The translations under genes were made by a program, and so were the position numbers. A DNA stretch of 64,000 nt, from IMG/VR virus record IMGVR_UViG_3300024239_000011, positions 479,036 to 543,035 of that record; one strand, given 5' to 3'. Position 1 is the stretch's first letter. Every line of letters begins with the position of its first letter. Positions 17,604-26,454 of this stretch are shown piece after piece. A model generated the notes under the pieces. It saw only the letters and a list, made by a program, of their open reading frames with translations. It did no database searches and was not told where the DNA came from.

Positions 17604-18497
17604 ATGGCTTTGCAAAATATTGTTGGGGAGTTGAACCCCTATATCGAAAATGGTGTGCAAATCGAAGAAACGTTTGGTAAGTACAAAACAAAATTACTTC
17701 GTTCCGATAATGACCATTTTACGTTTGATTTTTATCCATCATTTGATGAATTATCAGTATATTACGATCAGGTTTACCCGAATACTGGGGGTCGCCCATT
17801 CTGGTATAATGCCGATAACAATTATGCAGATGAACGATGGGTTGGGGTGGTTCCAGCAATTGAACAATGGATTGAACACCACTTCGGTCGCCGCGATATC
17901 ACGATCCATGAGGTTGGGTGCGGTTTTGGTGGGCTTGTCGCCAAGCTTCGATCTTTAGGACTGGATGCTTCCGGTACCGATCTCAACACAAAAGCTATCA
18001 GCGATGGACGCACCCGGAAGGGTAATCAACACATCCATGGTCGAAGTGTATATGAGTTCCTTGCGGAGTATGGCAGTCAGGATATGATCTTGATGCAACA
18101 TTTCCTTGAGCATGTGACTGATCCAGTAGAAATTCTCAAAAATATGAAGGATCATATCAATCCCGGTGGATTGATATTCGGGCGCGTTCCAAATAGCCAA
18201 TTCTACCTAGCGAAACATCGCACTATTCGCTCGCACTGGTATGGATACCCACACCATCTACATTATTTTTCCGCAGCGTCCATTGAGAAAATCCTGACTC
18301 ATTGTGGATATACGGTATTGATGGTTGGCGCGACCGACGCGGAAATGTTTGGTGATCGTCAATGGAAGAAATTCGATGAAATCGAAGAGGTTGCTCGTGA
18401 ACGCGGAGACTGGAATGGGTCATGGGATGATTTGGTAAACCTGCTCATTACGCGAAATGAAGCGAAAGAAGTTCAATTTGTAGCGCGAGTGGACTAA
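17604..18497 (+). CDS. Class I SAM-dependent methyltransferase
   Basis: IHEVGCGFG motif I, HFLEHVTDP, PGGLIFGRVPN; late box 17573-17578. Confidence 0.85.
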   Translation: MALQNIVGELNPYIENGVQIEETFGKYKTKLLRSDNDHFTFDFYPSFDELSVYYDQVYPNTGGRPFWYNADNNYADERWVGVVPAIEQWIEHHFGRRDITIHEVGCGFGGLVAKLRSLGLDASGTDLNTKAISDGRTRKGNQHIHGRSVYEFLAEYGSQDMILMQHFLEHVTDPVEILKNMKDHINPGGLIFGRVPNSQFYLAKHRTIRSHWYGYPHHLHYFSAASIEKILTHCGYTVLMVGATDAEMFGDRQWKKFDEIEEVARERGDWNGSWDDLVNLLITRNEAKEVQFVARVD

Positions 18498-19261
18498 TGC
18501 CAAAAGGATTAATTCAGCCTAAAGACTATGGCGACATCATTGCCTTGCAAGGTATTGCCAATTTTCACGGGGTAACGGCTTGGCCGGTATGTCCTCATGT
18601 AATTGAAGTCTTCCGGCACTTCCCCGATATCGAACCAATCCTATTAGATGGATGTACTGATCTGGCACAACATTACTATCACCAAGCTTATGATGTACTC
18701 GTAAGGCGTGGATTTGATGTGGTTGATACTATGTGGCATGGACGGGCAAATGGGTGGGAACGACAACGTACCGTGGAAGGTCTTAAGAGGTGGCCGCAGC
18801 AAGTTCGCGAGACGCTGTTCGTAGACGAACTCAAGTACCTGATGGCGGAAGTACCGATTGAAGAGAAACATCGGGGTTTCCGGTGGAAGCGTTTCCCAGA
18901 CAAAGAAAATACTTTGCTTGACCATGCTCGACAAATAGCGGGTGGGTCGCGGTATGTAGTGGTTCATCAATATGATAACGATTACAAAAGCGTAATGGCA
19001 GAACCTATTCGTTTGGTAACTGATCTACCCGTTGTCAAGGTCGAAGCCATTCCGGGTTTTACGGTACTGGACTGGTATGCGGTGTTTTGTGAGGCAACTG
19101 AAATCCATATGATTGATAGTGCCCCGGCAAACTTCGTTGAATGTGCTGGTATTGGCGAGGTAAAGCATCTCCACCTCTATGCGCGAAAGAACACACGTCT
19201 ACAACCGAAACAAAAATGGGGGTTCGCGTTCCGGGATGATTGGACAAAGCATTATGCATAG
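18497..19261 (+). CDS. Putative glycosyltransferase-like protein
   Basis: YGDII N-terminal motif and IHMIDSAPANF resemble GT-B fold halves; operonic position. Confidence 0.45.
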   Translation: MPKGLIQPKDYGDIIALQGIANFHGVTAWPVCPHVIEVFRHFPDIEPILLDGCTDLAQHYYHQAYDVLVRRGFDVVDTMWHGRANGWERQRTVEGLKRWPQQVRETLFVDELKYLMAEVPIEEKHRGFRWKRFPDKENTLLDHARQIAGGSRYVVVHQYDNDYKSVMAEPIRLVTDLPVVKVEAIPGFTVLDWYAVFCEATEIHMIDSAPANFVECAGIGEVKHLHLYARKNTRLQPKQKWGFAFRDDWTKHYA

Positions 19262-19272
19262 TGAGGTTGGTC

Positions 19273-20175
19273 ATGGTTGATATTTTGGTACCTGCCGGTA
19301 TTGGTGACATCTATTGGGTGATGATCAAAATGCAGTCGTTCATAGAAAAACGACTTGGTGGCGAAATCCCAACAATTTACACCTGCGAAGTAGACCCGAA
19401 GAAAAGCAATCGCAGTCAGGAATTCATGGAGCGCATTCCTTTTGTGAAATATGGCGGTGGTTTTTTTACCAAATCTGCGATTGGTACTAATAGTTGGTTT
19501 GGGACTGATTGGCTCATTCCTGATTATGAGCATAATGGTCGTAAATTTGATTACCTTTTTTGTCTAAATGGAGTGGTTCGAAACGGTTTCGATCTTGAAC
19601 GAGAGTGCGGGCTTGATGCATTCGAGACTAACTGGTATTTCCCTATCAACCCAGCGCCCGAGGAAGACGTTGCCGCCCTCCAATATCGTTCCGAATTGGG
19701 GAATTATGTGGTTGGATTTTTCTCAGGTGATGGAATGTTTAGTCGATGGGTCGCGGAAATGAACCATCACGCCATCTATGACCATCTGACCAAAATACAT
19801 GAACGGACTGGCTTTAAAATTGTCCTTACCGGGAAAGATTGGGATTGGGACACAGGCGTTAACCAGAAAATACTTGCTCTGGATGCAAACAAAGGCATTC
19901 TCGTCAACAAACTCGGACAGACTACGGTTAACCAATTATTTGCTTTGATGAAAAATTCAAAGGGAATTTTTGGCTGGCATGGTGGTAATACCATGATGGG
20001 CGTCGTTTTCAAAGTCCCTACATTTATGATATGGAGCAAATATTTCAAAAATTCAAAGTTCTACGAGAACTGCTTACCGCCCGACAAAAATGGGTGGTAT
20101 GATTTTGATGTAGCAAGTAATTGGGTATCTGGAAACTATGTAGACCGCTTTCTCAAGTTGGGCACCCATGATTAA
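19273..20175 (+). CDS. GT9 (heptosyltransferase-like) glycosyltransferase
   Basis: GIGDIYW, IVLTG, NKLGQTTVNQLFALMKNSKGIFGWHGG pattern. Confidence 0.7.
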   Translation: MVDILVPAGIGDIYWVMIKMQSFIEKRLGGEIPTIYTCEVDPKKSNRSQEFMERIPFVKYGGGFFTKSAIGTNSWFGTDWLIPDYEHNGRKFDYLFCLNGVVRNGFDLERECGLDAFETNWYFPINPAPEEDVAALQYRSELGNYVVGFFSGDGMFSRWVAEMNHHAIYDHLTKIHERTGFKIVLTGKDWDWDTGVNQKILALDANKGILVNKLGQTTVNQLFALMKNSKGIFGWHGGNTMMGVVFKVPTFMIWSKYFKNSKFYENCLPPDKNGWYDFDVASNWVSGNYVDRFLKLGTHD

Positions 20176-21175
20176 GAGAATTACTTTTTTGGGCGATTTT
20201 CTTCGAACCAATCCGGGTGAAACTGTCAATAGTAGCGGTTTCAATGTAAGGTGGTTATCGCATTTGTTGCGGTGGCAAATCAACGCTGCATCAAATTTAC
20301 CGCAAACCGTGTTTATTCCAGATCAAAATAAATTCGAAGAAATATATAATCAAATTGGTTTAATACCATGTTTCGAAAACTGGGTGTCGTCGTTTGATCG
20401 ACCGCTTAATGGAGATATCCTACTACCATTTGTAGAAAATGATTTGGTAATCGGGTTTGAATTATCACCAACAATCAAGCGGATGCTTGATCATATTGAG
20501 GTACCATATATTAATATTCAACTACATCCCATCCGATATTTCGAAGACCTTATGTTCTCGTTTGAGAGTAATAACCCGGATATCGAGGATAGTATTCATC
20601 AATTTTCGGTGACGACAGATGTAGTGGATTTCCAAACCAATATTTTTCAGGCACACCTAGCCCAAAATGCGCTGCCATATTTTGACGAACCCGTGGTTGT
20701 TGTAATGGGTCAAACGTTTTGTGATAAAGCACTTATCGTGCAAAACCGATTGGTAAATTTCAATGATTTTGCGGAACCATTAATAAAGCTCATCAAAACC
20801 CAAAAAGTGGTTTTCAAACCTCATCCACATGCGAATGACCAATGCCCCCTTGGGTCTTGGATGCGTGAAAATGAAGTGCAGATTGTTGATGCGAATGCTT
20901 ACACGTTGATGGTATCACCATTAGTAAGCAAATTCATCACTATGAGTTCTGGATCGGTTTCCGAAGCTATATACTTGGGGAAAACTGGGCAATTTTTAGT
21001 GCATAATCCACTGGATTATCACAAGAATGCGGTAATGCATCAATTTTTCACCGTGAATTTTTGGTCCACTATATTATCACCCGTTATTCCCACCCGAAAT
21101 GGGGTAGCTGAAATGCCATTTGTGTCTGATCGGTGCAGACGTAGTTTGACCACATCATGGGCTTATAGACGTTAA
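20168..21175 (+). CDS. Capsule-synthesis (KpsC/KpsS-like) GT-B protein
   Basis: VVMGQ...D, VVFKPHP, FITMSSGSVSEAIYLGK. Confidence 0.5.
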   Translation: MIKRITFLGDFLRTNPGETVNSSGFNVRWLSHLLRWQINAASNLPQTVFIPDQNKFEEIYNQIGLIPCFENWVSSFDRPLNGDILLPFVENDLVIGFELSPTIKRMLDHIEVPYINIQLHPIRYFEDLMFSFESNNPDIEDSIHQFSVTTDVVDFQTNIFQAHLAQNALPYFDEPVVVVMGQTFCDKALIVQNRLVNFNDFAEPLIKLIKTQKVVFKPHPHANDQCPLGSWMRENEVQIVDANAYTLMVSPLVSKFITMSSGSVSEAIYLGKTGQFLVHNPLDYHKNAVMHQFFTVNFWSTILSPVIPTRNGVAEMPFVSDRCRRSLTTSWAYRR

Positions 21176-21176
21176 A

Positions 21177-21818
21177 ATGGAGAGTGATATGATTAAGCGT
21201 GGATCAATGTTTGTTCTTGATGATGACAACTTTTTTGGTGGATTATTTGATCGTTCCGGCGATCAATTTGAAACTGGTAACCTCAAAGCCGCATTGAAAT
21301 ATGTCCGGATATGGGGGACTGCTATAGATGGTGGTGCCCATTACGGTAGTTGGACCCGTTACCTTACCGATTTCGCGAAGATCATTGCATTCGAGCCGCG
21401 TCAAGACATCCATGAGTGTCTGGTACGCAACACTGAGCATATTCCTCATGTGGATTGCCGCCGCCAAGCTCTTGGTGATCGAATGGATTCCGTCTCGGTA
21501 GGAATCGGCAAGCATTATGATAATTCCGGATGTGGTACCGTGCTGGGTAATGGTGACACCCCAATGATCACCATCGACAGCCTGGGGCTTGACGACGTAG
21601 GATTTATTAAACTTGACGTTGAAGGAATGGAATATCACACCCTCAAAGGAGCAGAAGAAACTCTTAAAAGATGCAAGCCAGTTGTGTTATTCGAAGATAA
21701 AGGTCATAGTGAAGATTATGGGGTTACCAAAGGTGAGTGTGGGAAATTTCTGCAAAGTCTGGGCGCATCTGAACTTTTGGTGATGAGCAAACGAGACTTC
21801 ATTTATGGATGGCGTTGA
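21177..21818 (+). CDS. FkbM-family methyltransferase
   Basis: IDGGAHYG, IAFEP, ITIDSL, IKLDVEGME...GAEETLKRCKPVVLFE. Confidence 0.9.
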   Translation: MESDMIKRGSMFVLDDDNFFGGLFDRSGDQFETGNLKAALKYVRIWGTAIDGGAHYGSWTRYLTDFAKIIAFEPRQDIHECLVRNTEHIPHVDCRRQALGDRMDSVSVGIGKHYDNSGCGTVLGNGDTPMITIDSLGLDDVGFIKLDVEGMEYHTLKGAEETLKRCKPVVLFEDKGHSEDYGVTKGECGKFLQSLGASELLVMSKRDFIYGWR

Positions 21819-21945
21819 TACTTGACGATCATTTTTGTCTATCGTATATATCGAACCACTATCTCATCATTACCCCCAAATGGGATGGTATGTGTCCCGC
21901 TAGTGGTTCGTTGCTGGCGGGACACAGTTTAACAAAGGACACCCA

Positions 21946-22233
21946 ATGACTGACATTCGCCGCATTATCTTGGAAACGGTTGAATCGCTTGGTGCTATCA
22001 AAGGCATTGAACTTGTCACCCGTGTGACCGTGCGTTTGTGTGAGGATGAACGGAAGGGTGGTGTCACACCGGTAAGTGATGAAATCATTTCCACCCTGAA
22101 CATCATGGTGGCTGCGGGAGATTTGGTGGAAATTGAGTACGTGGTTCCTGGCATGGAATACCGAATCAAGTCGATCTACATGCCCAAGGGCACCCAGGTG
22201 GTCAGCGTCGGCGGAATTGCTGTCCGGGAGTGA
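21946..22233 (+). CDS. Hypothetical early protein
   Basis: sigma70 promoter TTGACG-17-TATATA at 21822-21850; RBS AAGGA. Confidence 0.65.
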   Translation: MTDIRRIILETVESLGAIKGIELVTRVTVRLCEDERKGGVTPVSDEIISTLNIMVAAGDLVEIEYVVPGMEYRIKSIYMPKGTQVVSVGGIAVRE

Positions 22234-22236
22234 CCC

Positions 22237-22632
22237 ATGTCGATAATGCCCATTGAAGCGTTTCAGGCGGCGCTTGACCGCTGCGAGGTGGACATCACCA
22301 TCCCGTCGCCGTTCACCGTGTTGTCGGGCATGGAACCGCCGCGCACGGACCTTACCCCAATCCAAAAGTTCTATTTGATTCGCCGTTGTTGCGAAGAGAT
22401 ACACGACTTCATCGTCGGGGCATCGGACTATCCGGTGTATTTTGGGAACTATCTGCGTTTCATGCTGCGGTCACTCGGTAATGACCATGCCATGATGATC
22501 TTGGCTGCACGAATGCTAATGCAGCAGTTTCGCCATTTTAAAGTTGACCCGCCCTCCGGTGATTGGTTAGAAAAGATTCCAGAGTGGATCGAGGTCGATA
22601 CTAAATACAGGGAAGCGATTTTGACCGATTGA
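22237..22632 (+). CDS. Hypothetical protein
   Basis: 131 aa ORF in the operon. Confidence 0.6.
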   Translation: MSIMPIEAFQAALDRCEVDITIPSPFTVLSGMEPPRTDLTPIQKFYLIRRCCEEIHDFIVGASDYPVYFGNYLRFMLRSLGNDHAMMILAARMLMQQFRHFKVDPPSGDWLEKIPEWIEVDTKYREAILTD

Positions 22633-22640
22633 ATGGTAAT

Positions 22641-22715
22641 GCTGCGGTGCCTCAATGGTACAGGACCGCTCTTGTAAAGCGGCATTTGGGGGTTCAAGTC
22701 CCTCCCGCAGCACCA
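22641..22715 (+). tRNA. tRNA-Thr(UGU)
   Basis: GCTGCGG/CCGCAGC acceptor, CCGCT-CTTGTAA-AGCGG anticodon arm, GTTCAAGTC T-loop, encoded CCA. Confidence 0.92.
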
Positions 22716-22716
22716 T

Positions 22717-23340
22717 TCAATAACTCTTTCCTTCCGCATACCGCTGCCGACGCCTATATCGCCCATTCCCCTTGTTTTTGCCCTTGTATGTCGGGGTAAG
22801 ACTGTGGCAGTTAGGACATAGCAATATCACGTTATCGAGGGTATTGTTTGAAGCGTCTCCGTCGATGTGTTCGATTTCTACATTGACAGGCATCTTTTCG
22901 AAATCCCACGCACAAGTTGGTGACATGCATCGTTCGCCGTGTTGTTCGATGAGATAACGCTTCACTTGGCGCGCGTTTTTTGCAATTCCCGCAACAATTT
23001 CCTCGTTTTTCTTGCGTTTTCGATCTTCGACGTGGCAGGCAAGCGAGCAGTATTTTCCGCCCGATTTGATTGGCTTTCCACACACCACGCATGGTTCGCC
23101 AGGGTTGCGTGGTGTTGGTATTGCTGTTGGTGCATTTGTGCCTCGTTGCCGGTTGTTGAATGTTGCCGCGCAAGCCATACAACAAAATTTGTTGTCTCGT
23201 TTAGCATATGGTATGGTTGCGTTACAGTTTGGACATCGCTTTGGCGAATCTTCATAAGCTTTCTTAAACGAAGCGTTCCGTTCTGCATGAATCAGTTTGC
23301 TGTTTTCGTACCCTAGTTTACCTGCTTCTGATTTGTCCAT
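22717..23340 (-). CDS. HNH endonuclease with Zn-finger repeats
   Basis: CPNC, CCMAC, CVVC..CSLAC; EIEHIDGDASNNTLDNVILLCPNCHS; late box 23376-23381. Confidence 0.9.
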   Translation of the reverse strand: MDKSEAGKLGYENSKLIHAERNASFKKAYEDSPKRCPNCNATIPYAKRDNKFCCMACAATFNNRQRGTNAPTAIPTPRNPGEPCVVCGKPIKSGGKYCSLACHVEDRKRKKNEEIVAGIAKNARQVKRYLIEQHGERCMSPTCAWDFEKMPVNVEIEHIDGDASNNTLDNVILLCPNCHSLTPTYKGKNKGNGRYRRRQRYAEGKSY

Positions 23341-23409
23341 TTGCCCGGTTCCAGACTTGTTGGTGTATCTGGAACTATTTATTCAACTGTTTCGACTCGG
23401 TGTCTCGGC

Positions 23410-23883
23410 ATGCCATCATCTGATACTCTTGAAAATTTCCTGCGCTGTCCAAGCTGCGGGCGCGTTTATCTTCGCCCCTATGATGGGGTTGGTATTTGCT
23501 GGACCCTTGGGTGCAAAGACCCTGTGTTGGTTCAGCCGACTCAGGAACAGATGGATGCTTTGCCCATGGGCTGCACCATCAGCACGCCCACCATTCTTCG
23601 CCCCGAGCAAGAGATTCGGTTCCGATACGTGAATTGGAAGGGCGAGGAAGGTATTCGTCGCGCTATTCCCATCGGGCTGTTCTGGGGATCGAACGAGTAT
23701 CATCCGATCCCCCAGCATTTGATGCGCGCCTACGATTGCGACAAGAATGCGCTGCGCATTTTTGCTTTACTCGACATCAAAGAATGGCTGACAATGGCAC
23801 GCCCACAATTAAGTCCAGAGGAAGAATATAATCTACTCAGCCAGGATGCTGAGTTGGTTGCGGTAACGCGGTGGGAACTCTAA
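23410..23883 (+). CDS. Zn-ribbon plus WYL-domain protein
   Basis: FRYVNWKGEEGIRRAIP...LMRAYDCDKNALRIF; start uncertain. Confidence 0.7.
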   Translation: MPSSDTLENFLRCPSCGRVYLRPYDGVGICWTLGCKDPVLVQPTQEQMDALPMGCTISTPTILRPEQEIRFRYVNWKGEEGIRRAIPIGLFWGSNEYHPIPQHLMRAYDCDKNALRIFALLDIKEWLTMARPQLSPEEEYNLLSQDAELVAVTRWEL

Positions 23884-24296
23884 TGCCAATACAAATCATA
23901 TCCGATCTGGTTGATCCGGATGATCCGCAGGGTCGCACCTACAAGCAACTTAACGCCGATAAAACCCATGGCATTCCGGTGGGAACGTTGGTGGAGCTTG
24001 AAAATGGGGTGCGATTGTTCGTTGTGTACCAGGGTCGTGATTGTGACCAAACGCCGCTCTATTGGTTGTCGGTAGACAAGAATGACACGGTTAGGGAAGA
24101 CCCGCGTTTCCTGAATAGTTCGTGGGATGGTGGTTATCCAGAAAGCGCATTGAGTGTCGTTTTGCGTTCCCTGGACGATGCTCGTAAGCTGGTTTGGCAG
24201 TTGGTTGATGGGCACAGTGATTTTGATGATCGCGACCCCGAATCTATTGCCGTAGTTGAACGTCTCGCCGCGCATATGTGCGTGGGGATGCCATGA
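23883..24296 (+). CDS. Hypothetical protein
   Basis: Coupled ORF; HGIPVGTLVEL...RDCDQTPLY. Confidence 0.65.
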   Translation: MPIQIISDLVDPDDPQGRTYKQLNADKTHGIPVGTLVELENGVRLFVVYQGRDCDQTPLYWLSVDKNDTVREDPRFLNSSWDGGYPESALSVVLRSLDDARKLVWQLVDGHSDFDDRDPESIAVVERLAAHMCVGMP

Positions 24297-24375
24297 CGTG
24301 GGAAATCCATTTCACATCATTTAATGCGCGTTCAACCTTCATCCATACCTACTTGCAGAATGCAGGAATACGGCA

Positions 24376-24654
24376 ATGACTGATGTACCTAAGACGCATG
24401 ATCTGGTGGCGAAATTGCGCAAAGCGGTTGATGGTGCCTGCTGTTATGGTCAGCCAGTGCCGTATACCATGGTCAAAGTGGCCAATCTAAAAATTGCTGC
24501 CGATGAATTGGACAAAATGGCGGCGGAATTGGCACAATGGCGTGGTATTGCGTCCATCGGGAACGGCAGTCCATGCTATACACCAGAACGCCTTGAGAAA
24601 GAACTTACCGCCCTCATCGCTGAACGCGCTCAGTCAGACCATGAACACGCTTGA
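24376..24654 (+). CDS. Hypothetical protein
   Basis: 92 aa, RBS AGGA. Confidence 0.6.
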   Translation: MTDVPKTHDLVAKLRKAVDGACCYGQPVPYTMVKVANLKIAADELDKMAAELAQWRGIASIGNGSPCYTPERLEKELTALIAERAQSDHEHA

Positions 24655-24895
24655 ACATGCGCCTGAAGTTCTGAACGACATGGCAGACAAGCTTAATCTG
24701 CCGATGGGTTATCAGAGTATTCTTCGCAGTACGGCAAGCCGTATTGAACTTCTTCGGTCAGTGGTTGAACACTGCTGGATTCATTCAAACTATCCAGACT
24801 GCGGGTATACCCAAATGACGACCGAACAAAAAGAAATGTATAATTGGGCTATTGGGCGTGAAAATGTGGTTGACAATATCGCCGAAGAAAGTTAA
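24641..24895 (+). CDS. Hypothetical protein
   Basis: MNTLEHAPE start overlapping the upstream ORF end. Confidence 0.55.
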   Translation: MNTLEHAPEVLNDMADKLNLPMGYQSILRSTASRIELLRSVVEHCWIHSNYPDCGYTQMTTEQKEMYNWAIGRENVVDNIAEES

Positions 24896-24927
24896 AACCT
24901 TTTCAACGAAACGACAGAATTCCTAAT

Positions 24928-25196
24928 GTTCGGGTAGCTTAGTGGTAAAGCAATCGACTTTCAATGGGAGCTTCTACAAGAAATTGTAGTCGATCACTGC
25001 TCAAATTCGGGGAACGCTGTAAAATGCCAATCCCGAGCCAAGCCGCGAGAGCGGAAGGTGTAGAGACTAGACGGGCAGCACCTACGGCAGAATGCTACGG
25101 TGAAGGGATAGTCCAGACCACAAACCGTAAGGGCGGTAAAAGCCGAAGTGGTATGTAATCGATAGACCGAGGGTTCGAATCCCTCCCCGAACACCA
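24928..25196 (+). tRNA. tRNA-Lys(UUU) interrupted by a group I intron (exons 24928-24961, 25156-25196)
   Basis: Splicing restores ATCGA-CTTT|TAA-TCGAT; GTTCGGG/CCCGAAC acceptor, CCA end; promoter TTGACA-17-TAAAAC at 24870-24898. Confidence 0.88.
24962..25155 (+). mobile_element. Group I intron (194 nt, no ORF)
   Basis: P AAATTCGGGGAA, Q AATCCCGAGC, R GTAGAGACTAGA, S AAGGGATAGTCCA; 5' exon ends in U, intron ends in G. Confidence 0.9.
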
Positions 25197-25203
25197 AAGT
25201 TTA

Positions 25204-25233
25204 AAAAGGCTGGGATTTATTCCCAGCCTTTTT
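25204..25233 (+). terminator. Rho-independent terminator after tRNA-Lys
   Basis: AAAAGGCTGGGA/TCCCAGCCTTTT. Confidence 0.85.
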
Positions 25234-25284
25234 GTTTTCGGCTTGTTCTCATATCTAACCTGGGTTAGACTCTTCTGATGATTC

Positions 25285-25623
25285 GTGCTCCATGCGCCAA
25301 GGAGAGAGAACGTGCTATCTGCTCATTTCGTTTGTGCCGAAATTCAGAAGCCCATGCTGATTGGGATCGACCATGAAGAGTTCTTATCCTTCCTTGACGA
25401 TGAAGTATCCAGATGTGAAGAAACCGGTAAGGAAATAGATATCGAGATCGCGGACAATAACCAATACACGTTTGCAGTTGGCGGTGTTCCTTACTGCGTC
25501 CCTGAAGGTACACCGATTGATGCCGACTTTATTTCCCGCCTAGGCATTGATATGCCAGTTCTGTCCGGTCGATACCCTGGCTGGTATTTCTATGCGATCT
25601 TCAGACCTCGCACGGTGAACTAG
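25285..25623 (+). CDS. Hypothetical protein
   Basis: Acidic ORF; start uncertain. Confidence 0.5.
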   Translation: MLHAPRRENVLSAHFVCAEIQKPMLIGIDHEEFLSFLDDEVSRCEETGKEIDIEIADNNQYTFAVGGVPYCVPEGTPIDADFISRLGIDMPVLSGRYPGWYFYAIFRPRTVN

Positions 25624-25678
25624 TGGCGACGATCAACGCGGCTGACTGATAAATACCCTAAACATTTTAGGGTGCAAA

Positions 25679-26398
25679 ATGAAAGTCAGCGAGCTAGTTG
25701 GTTCCCAAGAAATCCTCCAATACATCCAGTTCCATGAGGAACTTAATCCTACTCTTTGGGAAAATAAACACCTAAAGCAGGAAGTTCGCGACAAGCTCTT
25801 GGAGATCGCGGACGAGTTCTATGAGTTCCTAGAGCTTCCGAACCTAGAGATCATTGACATCATTTTCTGTGGCTCAAATGCTGCTTTTAATTACAGCAGC
25901 TTATCTGATATCGACTTGCACCTTCTGGTCGATATGAGCAAGATCGACTGTGAGCGATTGGCTGAGAACTTCTTTAACACCAAGAAGACCTTGTGGAACA
26001 AGCTGCACGAAATTGAGATCAATGGGTTCAGTGTCGAACTCTATGTCGAAGACGTGAAGAACCCGGTGAATGCCGCTGGCATCTATAGCGTCAAGCATGA
26101 TCGGTGGAAGAAAGAACCTACCCCGTCGAAGCCGGGTATTGATGACACGTCGTTAGTTTCCAAGACGAATCAATATATCGATGCCATTGATTCGTTGATG
26201 GCATCTGAACCGGCCAAGGGTGAAGTGCGTGCCCTACTGGACGACATTTATGCTCTACGCAAAGCTGGTCTGGAAACCGGTAGTGAATTTTCAATCGAAA
26301 ATCTCACATTCAAAAGTTTGCGCAATCTCGGTTATATGGACAAGTTACGCGGTTATATCATCAAAGCCAGCGACCGGGAAATGTCGATCTACAACTAA
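25679..26398 (+). CDS. Pol-beta-superfamily nucleotidyltransferase
   Basis: GSNAAFNYSSLSDIDLHLL (GS-x10-DxD) and VELYVED; late box 25650-25655; MKVSEL N-terminus. Confidence 0.8.
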   Translation: MKVSELVGSQEILQYIQFHEELNPTLWENKHLKQEVRDKLLEIADEFYEFLELPNLEIIDIIFCGSNAAFNYSSLSDIDLHLLVDMSKIDCERLAENFFNTKKTLWNKLHEIEINGFSVELYVEDVKNPVNAAGIYSVKHDRWKKEPTPSKPGIDDTSLVSKTNQYIDAIDSLMASEPAKGEVRALLDDIYALRKAGLETGSEFSIENLTFKSLRNLGYMDKLRGYIIKASDREMSIYN

Positions 26399-26454
26399 TC
26401 TTGAAAATATTCCGCGTCCAGTGTATCCTTCGTCGCCTTTGACGGAGATTTCCT

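Noticed and set aside
23345-23381. HNH leader as a fourth three-way-junction copy
   Set aside because: Only a late box and a simple GTTCCAGA/TCTGGAAC hairpin; UAAU, AAA-CC and CUGUC are absent.
24958-25158. Alternative splice giving tRNA-Thr (CT|TGTAA)
   Set aside because: The intron would not end in the required G, and P1 pairing supports CTTT|TAA.
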